A DNA stretch of 53,839 nucleotides from an uncultured Thermoplasmatales archaeon (lineage in GTDB: Archaea; Thermoplasmatota; E2; DHVEG-1): assembly GCA_964592335.1 (NCBI GenBank), contig CAZQEU010000002.1, forward strand, positions 1-53,839. Reading direction: 5' to 3'. A model generated the notes under the pieces. It was not told the DNA's origin, did not search any database, and saw nothing but the letters and a program-made list of their open reading frames with translations. Made by a program: the position numbers and the translations under genes. This document shows positions 18,501-25,867 of the stretch, in pieces. Position 1 is the first letter of the stretch; the number at the start of each line of letters is the position of its first letter.

Positions 18501-19817
18501 CCTCCTGAGATTACATATCATTATCCTGTTAATGGCTCCATCGATATTCCTGCATCTCCTACTTGTAAGGTAACTGTTTATGATGATGATAGGGATGATG
18601 TAATAAGGGTAGTTATTAAAAGCAAGCCTGAGGGTGGTTCTTGGTCTGATCCTCAGTATGATAGTACGCATTCAAGTGGTGATACAATTTCTTGGGATTA
18701 CACAAGCGCAGATGGCTCAAGTGGTGTGTTTACATATTATTGGCTTGTAACTTTAACTGATCCAAACGATGAATCTATATCTATAGAAGAAGTTTATCAT
18801 TTTACGATTTCATTGGATCCGATAGTTACTGATATTTCAGAGCCATGGGATATTAGCATGGATTATTTATCCTATTATAATGATACTGATTATGATTTTT
18901 ATGCTTCTGCATCAACACCTCATAATTTTGATATTTACTTTAACTTTTCATGGGGTGATGGAACTTCCTCAGGATGGTTGCTAGAATCTGCTGTATCTCC
19001 AGGTTCCTGTTCTGCTACACATCAGTGGTTAAATGCTGGTGTGTACCCTGTAAAAGTACAGGTTGCAAGTGACCCTGATGATGATGGCCATGGAGGTACA
19101 GGAAATAGCGATGATGCTTTTTATAGTGGTTGGACTGATCCAGTTTTTATTAAAATAGAAAACACAGTTATGGTTCCTTGTGATATTGCAATTGATGAAG
19201 CCGGTAACCCGAAGTTACATTCGGATGCTGGCTCAGGAAATGTACCTTATAATCTGGAAGGAATTGTTAGAATCGATTTATACAGTAATGATTACCCTGA
19301 TTCAAGTGACTATGGCTCAGATGTTTCAGGCAGGATTCCTTTCGGGCAAATCTGGATTTTTGATTTAGGAAAAATAACTCAAACTTATCGGGGAGCTGAG
19401 GATATATACAAAACAATTTTTGAAAATGGTGGCATAATAAGCTCAAAATCAGAATATCATTCAATGACTGAAAATTCAAATATATATAATTACAGCTCTT
19501 ATCTTGTATTCAAGTTAAATCTTGTTAGAGGTATCAACTCGATTTCAGGTAGTGGAAGCGGTATATTCAAGCTAAAACTTAAAATCAATAATAGCTATAT
19601 TAGAAATGAGCAAAACAGGATGTCCTCTAATTTAAAAGTTCAAATGTTTGGGGATTACAAAGAAGTCTGGTATGATTTTTTGACTAGTCCACTTCGCAGT
19701 TATAATTTCCAAGAGTATTCTTCAAATTCAGATATATTGCTTTATGATGAGGGTAGGTCAACTCGTTTGATACTTTCAAGCAATGTGTTAATTGCGTCTA
19801 TCTCAGGAGTGTTATAA
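15579..19817 (+). CDS. Giant (1412 aa) pilin-like surface protein: class III signal/pilin N-terminus, Hint domain, three 131-aa Ig-like repeats, FN3-like and PKD-like modules, conserved C-terminal pilin-core half
   Basis: N-terminus is MNKSNAVSSVISLFLVLMIVSTTTASVFLWG (PF07790-like). Hint blocks are CFLAGTKVLM / VTPNH / LLVHN. The WGDG motif is PKD-like. TTG start follows GAGGGGGG. Confidence 0.8.
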   Translation: MNKSNAVSSVISLFLVLMIVSTTTASVFLWGLPAIDSMKADSNNRKMAEKFEDFHETVNQVISSGTSAYVTERMSIEEGSLEIDSEGDRLVTWYSYDPDWDFNVSGLEPGDGNKKDISIDITDSPGGAGCNKRDFYWLNETCFLAGTKVLMANGMSKNIEDIKPGDLVKSYDFDNKKMVDSEVAYHHEHLAEEMGGYYLVINNNLCVTPNHRFYTKNGLVQAGNLEVKDKIFSNVQGTYCPVSSIKKVYCPSKTYDLSIKNLNNYYVKSNDKFLLVHNAGVDIELTVEEDIELQNLEIDSYGSFIKFNINPLYELGEINIIDARLELYVKDKGGWEPVILVSGGGEKWTDSSDTEIIQGMIDPSQSSVKPISIERFDGEPKRWWQAAGIEDLIIEDYNAVSESCSLKIEHPGFPLDEINDYTNNELISIGSLAKSIFIRFLSQEVEPDFWPKLVVTYETGSSNNPPTTTIYDIPDQVEPTQLSIICGNASDTDGTIAGVYLNIHDDTEDLYWCGSSWSGTCSPLPSGCSMILSAMARDGSFNEEYEEWNYLSSSVSWTNGNQYTITAKAKDDDGDCDTDGASDTFVYVEGNSPPDTGVEDFPENAGPEHVSEITGTSLDTDGTVAGVYLRIYDRTNGNYWTGSGWNSFGGVVPGQCSYELSAVASDGNGFNSGDEDWLYDCEAEGVTWTSGHEYTVYAKAKDDDGACDTDGASDTFVYVEGNSPPDTGVEDFPENAGPEHVSEITGTSLDTDGTVAGVYLRIYDRTNGNYWTGSGWNSFGGVVPGQCSYELSAVASDGNGFNSGDEDWLYDCEAEGVTWTSGHEYTVYAKAKDDDGACDTDGASDTFVYVEGNSPPDTPSNPDPESDAVDESIDVELSWTASDPDSNYATSAVYFSDPAEPGDDESEAETINNLEDRINSDDNDQNTSSNSFDPGVLEYNKKYFWKIIVWDDKGLSTEGPIWNFTTESDPVVNNPPEITYHYPVNGSIDIPASPTCKVTVYDDDRDDVIRVVIKSKPEGGSWSDPQYDSTHSSGDTISWDYTSADGSSGVFTYYWLVTLTDPNDESISIEEVYHFTISLDPIVTDISEPWDISMDYLSYYNDTDYDFYASASTPHNFDIYFNFSWGDGTSSGWLLESAVSPGSCSATHQWLNAGVYPVKVQVASDPDDDGHGGTGNSDDAFYSGWTDPVFIKIENTVMVPCDIAIDEAGNPKLHSDAGSGNVPYNLEGIVRIDLYSNDYPDSSDYGSDVSGRIPFGQIWIFDLGKITQTYRGAEDIYKTIFENGGIISSKSEYHSMTENSNIYNYSSYLVFKLNLVRGINSISGSGSGIFKLKLKINNSYIRNEQNRMSSNLKVQMFGDYKEVWYDFLTSPLRSYNFQEYSSNSDILLYDEGRSTRLILSSNVLIASISGVL
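16002..16412 (+). other. Hint (intein/Hedgehog-type) domain, 137 aa, Cys142 to Asn278 of the 1412-aa protein
   Basis: Block A is C-FLAGTKVLMANG. Block B is VTPNH. Blocks F/G are TYDLSI...FLLVHN. The +1 residue after Asn is Ala, not Cys/Ser/Thr. There is no endonuclease insert. Confidence 0.8.
17277..18152 (+). repeat. In-frame tandem repeat with a 393-bp period; 17304-18152 is nucleotide-perfect (about 2.16 copies), and a diverged copy lies upstream
   Basis: Compared block by block at offset 393 (e.g. 17341-17520 vs 17734-17913, and 17641-17700 vs 18034-18093). The antisense ORFs 17473..17736 and 17866..18129 in the track are identical. Confidence 0.95.
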
Positions 19818-19826
19818 TAAGATACA

Positions 19827-22739
19827 ATGATAAAAACAAATATATTTAAAAGCAACATAGCTGTAAGCCAGGTTTTATCGACGATATTAGTGTTATCTAT
19901 AGTTCTATCCTGTGTTGCTGGAATTATGGCTTGGGGGGTTCCTTATATTGAAGAAAATAAAATGAAAAGCCAAAGGGAGACTATTTTTAGTAACTTTGAG
20001 GTTTTTGACAATACTATTGCTAATTTACTGGTAGATGGCCCTAATTCAGCTGACACAGGAGTTATATCAAGCAATGTTGATGAAGGTGCTATTAATATTA
20101 ACTCGTTTGATTATTTCGTTGAGGGTTCTACAGACAGATTGGTTCTTTGGTATTCATATCATAATGGGACTAATTTTACAGTAGAAGGTTTAGATGATGC
20201 TGATGATACTTTTAGTGTGATGCCTACAGGATCAGATTTGGTTTTTGGTGATTGGGCATATGAAAGCTATTCTCTTAGAAAAAAATTAACTATCAATAGT
20301 GAATATGTCGATGAGGATCTATCAAATTTTCCGGTTCTTGTTAGATCAACGGTATTTACTGCAACAGATGATAATAAGGATATTATATTTGCAGATGAGT
20401 CTGGTACAAAACTTGATTATGAAATTGAAAGTTTAGACGAGGGTTCCGGTTATTTAATTGCGTGGGTAAATATACCTTATGTTTCTTCAACAGAAGATAC
20501 TGTCTTTTATCTTTATTCTAATAATGCAGAGGAAGACGATCCTCAAGAAAACTCAGAAGCTGTTTGGGATTCAGATTATATATTGGTCCACCACTTTGAA
20601 GAAACAGCAACTACTACAGTTGATGATTCTACATCTAATCAGAATGATGGTAACTTTTATGGTTTAACAGACATGTTTCGTCTTTTTTATATTAATGGAG
20701 CATTAGATTTTAATGGATCTAGTAACTATATTGATCTAGGTGATATCTCTGTTTTAGATAGCGTTGATGATTTAACTATTGAAACATTGATATTCCCAAG
20801 ACAGGAAACATATTCGGATAGTACCTCTTTAGTTGGACAAGTTAATTATTCTAATCCTAATCTATTTGGCAAATGCTGGCTTACATTAGATACAGGACTA
20901 AAGTGGGGATTTACAATAGATCCCTCAGCAGGTGATCCAAGAACTTATTGGGCCGATACATCCATTCAAAATTCTTCCTTTCAATATTTAGTTACAACTT
21001 TTGATGATAAAGGTGGTTCAGATGGTTCTTTAAACTTTTATCTAGATGGTGAATCAGATGGATCAAATGATAATATTGAAAAAGATTTAACATCAAGCGA
21101 TGAGGATTGGAAAGTAGGCTGGAATGGCAATATCTTTTTTAATGGTACATTAGATGAGATTAGAATTTCAAAGACTATCCGTGATCCATCATGGATAAAA
21201 GCAAACTACAACAATTTATTCAAGTACGATTTCGTTGAACAAGGATATGCTGTTAATCAAGGAGGAGCGCTTTTCATAGATGATGCATCAATCTATCATC
21301 TCGATCCCGGGAAAGAAGAAGATATAGATACCAAAACTTATGTTTCTATATATGATACTTATAAATATTCTCAATCTTTTAAATGCCCTTTTGAAAATGA
21401 CGAACTTGACAAAATAAAATTGTATATCGGAAAAGTAGGAAATATCTATGATAGTCTAACTGTGTCGATATATGGTGATTCTGGTGGATCCCCTGACCCA
21501 ACTGACAATTTAGGCTCTTTTGAGATTTACTCTGATAATGTTTCAACAACTATGGATTGGGTAGAATGTGATTTTTACCAAGATATTCCTCTTTTGCAAG
21601 ATACTACCTATCACATAGTGGTAAACACTAGTAGCTCTACTGGGTCTTCAGGATTTTATAAATGGCGTTATGAAAATCCTTCTGTCTATGAGGACGGATA
21701 TGCAAAATATTATGATGGATTTAATTGGGTTTATATAGAAAGTGATGATGAGTATGACTTATACAAACGTATTGTTTATAAAAACTATGATAGTCCCTCT
21801 GCTCCAAAGATAAGCGGAAGTATTCCAATACGTTCTAATCCCTATGGTTATTCGGGGGTTAAATATAATTTTTTGTTAAACAACGAAGATATGTTTGGTG
21901 ATAACTATTGGTATAAAGCCGATTGGGGTGATGGAACTACAACTGGCTGGTGTGAATCAGGAACCACTTTTTATACAAATCATACTTGGACAAAAACAGG
22001 GTTGTTTAACCCTGTGTTTAAAATTAGAAAGAAGATAGACAGTACCGATGTTTTTATTGAAAATGAGTTTGATAATGAAACGTTGTCTAATCTTTATATT
22101 CATGAAGGTATTTCATCACCTGTTAATATTTTAGATTATGGAAATCCTCAAATAACAGATGGCAGTATAATTACAACAAATATTAACTTAAATGGAACTG
22201 TATTAATCAACTTATTTAATGATGCATATCCAGCTGAATTTGGTCCACAATATATGGGAAAGATACCATTTGCTAGGATATGGGTCTTTGATCTTGGATC
22301 TATTGAATATACAGTACCATCTATTTCAGGTGTAAATACTGTTTCTCTTCAAAATGGTGCGGTTTTATCAAATGGTTTTTCTGGTTTTTCTAATAGTTTT
22401 ATAAAAAATGAACCAGCTTTTGTGGAAACAGATAAGGCTATTGCTTTACGATTGATACAAACAAAGGGTATTGGAGCTATGGCTGGTTCCGGAAGATATA
22501 AGATAAATGTCGTTCATAAAGCGTCTTATAATTGTGAAAAACCAACGCTTTATTTTGTCGATAATGTATCAAATTTTAAGATGCAGTTTTCCGGTTCAAA
22601 TTCAGACATATGGCTAAATTATTTTTTAGATAATTATGATTTTGGAATACAGGGTGATACCTTATTTTATAAGCACAATGAAAGAATATTGCTTCTCGAC
22701 AATTCTCTTTTTGAATATTATGTGGGGGGGATTTATTGA
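19827..22739 (+). CDS. Giant (970 aa) pilin-like surface protein with DUF2341 + LamG (concanavalin-like lectin) + PKD-like insert
   Basis: N-terminus is NIAVSQVLSTILVLSIVLSCVAGIMAW. DUF2341 is LRKKLTINSEYV..LSNFPVLV..DIIFADESGTKLDYEIES...AWVNIPYV...FYLYSNN. LamG is LDFNGSSNYIDLGD...LDEIRISKTIRDPSWIKANYNN. A WGDG motif is present. Confidence 0.8.
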   Translation: MIKTNIFKSNIAVSQVLSTILVLSIVLSCVAGIMAWGVPYIEENKMKSQRETIFSNFEVFDNTIANLLVDGPNSADTGVISSNVDEGAININSFDYFVEGSTDRLVLWYSYHNGTNFTVEGLDDADDTFSVMPTGSDLVFGDWAYESYSLRKKLTINSEYVDEDLSNFPVLVRSTVFTATDDNKDIIFADESGTKLDYEIESLDEGSGYLIAWVNIPYVSSTEDTVFYLYSNNAEEDDPQENSEAVWDSDYILVHHFEETATTTVDDSTSNQNDGNFYGLTDMFRLFYINGALDFNGSSNYIDLGDISVLDSVDDLTIETLIFPRQETYSDSTSLVGQVNYSNPNLFGKCWLTLDTGLKWGFTIDPSAGDPRTYWADTSIQNSSFQYLVTTFDDKGGSDGSLNFYLDGESDGSNDNIEKDLTSSDEDWKVGWNGNIFFNGTLDEIRISKTIRDPSWIKANYNNLFKYDFVEQGYAVNQGGALFIDDASIYHLDPGKEEDIDTKTYVSIYDTYKYSQSFKCPFENDELDKIKLYIGKVGNIYDSLTVSIYGDSGGSPDPTDNLGSFEIYSDNVSTTMDWVECDFYQDIPLLQDTTYHIVVNTSSSTGSSGFYKWRYENPSVYEDGYAKYYDGFNWVYIESDDEYDLYKRIVYKNYDSPSAPKISGSIPIRSNPYGYSGVKYNFLLNNEDMFGDNYWYKADWGDGTTTGWCESGTTFYTNHTWTKTGLFNPVFKIRKKIDSTDVFIENEFDNETLSNLYIHEGISSPVNILDYGNPQITDGSIITTNINLNGTVLINLFNDAYPAEFGPQYMGKIPFARIWVFDLGSIEYTVPSISGVNTVSLQNGAVLSNGFSGFSNSFIKNEPAFVETDKAIALRLIQTKGIGAMAGSGRYKINVVHKASYNCEKPTLYFVDNVSNFKMQFSGSNSDIWLNYFLDNYDFGIQGDTLFYKHNERILLLDNSLFEYYVGGIY

Positions 22740-24700
22740 AAAAGATTTTTAGTAATTCTTTGGCTGTTTCACAGGTCGTGGGTTTTATTTTATCTCTTTC
22801 ACTTATGAGTCTTGTTGCGACTTCTTCAATTCTTGTTGTAAATACTATAATCGATGAAAAAACTTCTTCAGCAGCAGAGATTCATGCTAGGGATATTGCA
22901 AATAAAATTTCAGATGCAATTATTAATGTTTGTTTATTTAAGGAGAATTATCCATCTGCTAATTATTCAACTACGGTTGATATTCCATATCAATTAATTG
23001 ATTATTTTAATTACTATATTGAGCTAAATAATAACTTTGTATTTATTAATTCCACAGATGGTTTAGTAAATGTGAAAAACTCGCTTTATAATTGCTCGGG
23101 TAGGATTGGCTGGGATATACAAGGTAGAGTAGATGGTGCAGACAAGTTGGTTATTAGTTGTAACAGCAGTAATTATGTTTATAAATTTGATTTTGGAACC
23201 AGCAATTCATCAAGTGCAAAGGGTTATACTAGAATATCTGAGAATTGTGATAACTCGGTTTGGTATACTACTTCAGGGGTTTGGAAATATAGAGTACCTA
23301 TTTTTGTTTCTAATCCTTTAAGTGAGCCGATAGATGATTATGCAGTTCTAATTCAGCTCAAAGATAAAAATTTTAATCATATATTAGTAAATGAGAACTT
23401 AAGTGATATTAGGTTTTTTGATGATGCTGGCTCTGAGCTTTACTACTGGATTGAAAACTGGTATTCAGATACTACAAAAACTTCAAGGATTTGGGTAAAT
23501 GTGTCATCGATACCTGTTGATGGATGTATGATACATATGTATTTTGGGAGATCTGCAGATAGTAGTAATCAGTATCATGATGGATCGAAAACATTTTTGT
23601 TTTTCGATAACTTTAGTAAAAATACTATGAATAAATGGGATCTTTACTATTATAACGCTGATTCTAGGATAAATATCATGGATGGTAGTCTAGTTTTAAA
23701 AAATGGTGCTGCAGTTATTTCAAAAACATATATCAATCCAGATAGTACACCTTACATACTCGAAACAAAATCAAAATCAATAAGTGAAACAGAAATTGGA
23801 CAAGGTTATGATAATCCAATAGAAGCTAGTATTTTTGCAAGAAAAACAAATGGCTCTTTTAACCCACCTTATCATCATGCTTCTGTTTTTTCTTCAGGAA
23901 CATTCGAATATCGTCCAACTGATGCTCATTATTTTGATAATGCAATTGTATATTATCAAGATGGTAAGTGGAACAATTATACTGATTATGAAACACAAGG
24001 TATAAATCAAGGATGGTATAGGCTAAAATACATATTAAATCACTCAGATGATGTGGCTGCAAGGTATTTTTATGATAACTTTGTTCTAGATGGAGAACCA
24101 AAATCTATTTCATACCGTGGTACAAAAGATGGAGCGTTTGGTCTTTGCATAGCAAATACTGAATATATTGATGAGGATTTTAATATCACAGCATATTATG
24201 ATTGGATTTTTGCAAGAAAATTCGTGTCAAATCCTAATGCTGTTTCTAGTAGGGAAGAATCAGAACCTATTGCATATGTTGGCGCGGTTCAATCAGAGGA
24301 TTATGGATGGGATACTGCTTCTGATAATATTTTATCAAAATCATCAGGTGGAACAGGAGTTGGAGATGATTTAGTGTATAGTAATGATAATAATGTTCAT
24401 TTCGAAGTTAATAATCTATCTGATTCTAAATATTATAGCATATTTTTTACAATAGGTGATTATGATACTCCACAAGATATAGAGGGTATGTCTATTGATA
24501 TTACTCATTCTGAAGGTACTGAATTATTAAGCTTTTCAGATTGTTCTGAAAACATACCTCATAAAAAACGTTGGATTTCAAATCTACAAACAGCTTCAGG
24601 AGATTTTATCTTTAGTTTTTCAAGCAGTAATAAATGGGCTATAAATGAAATAACAATAATGGAAGGAGAAAGAATTATATGGCTAGAAGGAAAAAATTAA
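22736..24700 (+). CDS. Pilin-like surface protein (654 aa) with DUF2341 and a concanavalin-like domain
   Basis: N-terminus is NSLAVSQVVGFILSLSLMSLVATSS. DUF2341 is WKYRVPIFVSN...DIRFFDDAGSELYYWIENW...IWVNVSSIP...MYFG, followed by LFFDNF...KWDL. TTG start follows GGGGGGG and overlaps the previous stop. Confidence 0.75.
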   Translation: MKKIFSNSLAVSQVVGFILSLSLMSLVATSSILVVNTIIDEKTSSAAEIHARDIANKISDAIINVCLFKENYPSANYSTTVDIPYQLIDYFNYYIELNNNFVFINSTDGLVNVKNSLYNCSGRIGWDIQGRVDGADKLVISCNSSNYVYKFDFGTSNSSSAKGYTRISENCDNSVWYTTSGVWKYRVPIFVSNPLSEPIDDYAVLIQLKDKNFNHILVNENLSDIRFFDDAGSELYYWIENWYSDTTKTSRIWVNVSSIPVDGCMIHMYFGRSADSSNQYHDGSKTFLFFDNFSKNTMNKWDLYYYNADSRINIMDGSLVLKNGAAVISKTYINPDSTPYILETKSKSISETEIGQGYDNPIEASIFARKTNGSFNPPYHHASVFSSGTFEYRPTDAHYFDNAIVYYQDGKWNNYTDYETQGINQGWYRLKYILNHSDDVAARYFYDNFVLDGEPKSISYRGTKDGAFGLCIANTEYIDEDFNITAYYDWIFARKFVSNPNAVSSREESEPIAYVGAVQSEDYGWDTASDNILSKSSGGTGVGDDLVYSNDNNVHFEVNNLSDSKYYSIFFTIGDYDTPQDIEGMSIDITHSEGTELLSFSDCSENIPHKKRWISNLQTASGDFIFSFSSSNKWAINEITIMEGERIIWLEGKN

Positions 24701-25170
24701 TTTCAACTAATAATGGTCAAATGCATGTCATGGAGGCAGTTATAGTTGCAGGTTTAATTTTTTCAGCTTTATTTTTTATAAGTAATATGGAAGTTTCTAG
24801 TTATACTACAATTGAAAAGCAAAATAAGCTAAAGCAGTTAGGTGCAAAAATATTAGAAAACGCTGAGGCAAAAGAAGATTCTACTGGAAACTATGATAAT
24901 TTTTTAATTTATTGTGTAGAAGAGAATATAAATTATTTGTATTATGATCTGGTTTCAAGCTTGCCAGAAGGTACTTTGTTTCGTTTGACAGTTGTAAATA
25001 TGTCTAAATTGTTTCATGATAATTCTGCATCTTATAATGATTGTATTTATACCAGTATTGGAACTGATATATGGGTTGATGAAGAAACAAGGGTTTCAAG
25101 AATTATAGCTTTTAATGGTTTTATCTATGAGATTGTATTGCAACTGTGGCTTAATACGGGAGGTGATTAA
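24679..25170 (+). CDS. Small pilin-like protein (163 aa) with a class III signal peptide
   Basis: MARRKKLISTNNGQMHVMEAVIVAGLIFSALFFI has a basic N-region, a G-Q junction, Glu, then a hydrophobic helix (PF04021-like). GGAAGGAG lies upstream. Confidence 0.65.
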   Translation: MARRKKLISTNNGQMHVMEAVIVAGLIFSALFFISNMEVSSYTTIEKQNKLKQLGAKILENAEAKEDSTGNYDNFLIYCVEENINYLYYDLVSSLPEGTLFRLTVVNMSKLFHDNSASYNDCIYTSIGTDIWVDEETRVSRIIAFNGFIYEIVLQLWLNTGGD

Positions 25171-25214
25171 ATCTGAAATATAATCTTATTAAAAAACTTG
25201 TAAATAAAAACTCT

Positions 25215-25631
25215 TTGTATGATAAGGATGATGCTCAGATCGTTCTAGTGGGTGGAATAATTATTACAATTGCAATTCTTAGTTTTGGTGTTATAATTAC
25301 TAGTCTTAGTGATGTGACCGAAACTATTGATAAAGAATCTTATTTGCTGTATAATTACAATAATATCCGTAAGGAATTTGGTTTGGTATTAAAGCAAAAC
25401 CTTCAACAGAATATGGATAATGATTATTTAGATTCAGATATTATTGGTTATTACTTTAATGATTCAAGGGACATACTTGTTTTCGCCGAATCCTCTCATG
25501 GTGTTTTCTTTGATGCAGAGCTTATTAGAATCGTTTATAAGGGAGAAAACATAAACGGCTTGGAAGCTAGGTTAACTCTTAGTAACGAGTATGATTATAT
25601 ATCTGAAGAGGTTACTTATTATTTTGGATAA
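25215..25631 (+). CDS. Small pilin-like protein (138 aa or more) with a class III-like N-terminus
   Basis: ...KDDAQIVLVGGIIITIAILSFGVIITS. The start is uncertain. GGGAGGTGA (25158-25166) sits 6 nt before an in-frame CTG at 25173, and the frame is open back to 25167. Confidence 0.55.
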   Translation: MYDKDDAQIVLVGGIIITIAILSFGVIITSLSDVTETIDKESYLLYNYNNIRKEFGLVLKQNLQQNMDNDYLDSDIIGYYFNDSRDILVFAESSHGVFFDAELIRIVYKGENINGLEARLTLSNEYDYISEEVTYYFG

Positions 25632-25867
25632 ATTGTACTCTTTGTTATTCTTATAAGTAAGGCTTAAATAATATGTGCATATAATATTAATATAATGGAA
25701 TGTTGGGTGAAAGTGGGATGAGCTTTAAGCTTGATAGGCTATTTGGTAATGTTATTTTACCATTTTGTCATTTTTTTACGAAGATTATATATATCATGGT
25801 TGACAGAGTGCATCATATAACTTTAGCATTAAACTTAGATATATACTCCGTTAAGGGGTGAGATAGG

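Noticed and set aside
25632-25867. Small ORF (MSFKLDRLFG..., about 47 aa) in the spacer before the PKD-Hint pilin gene
   Set aside because: It has no SD, no class III-like N-terminus and no recognisable motif. The spacer is more likely an internal promoter region.
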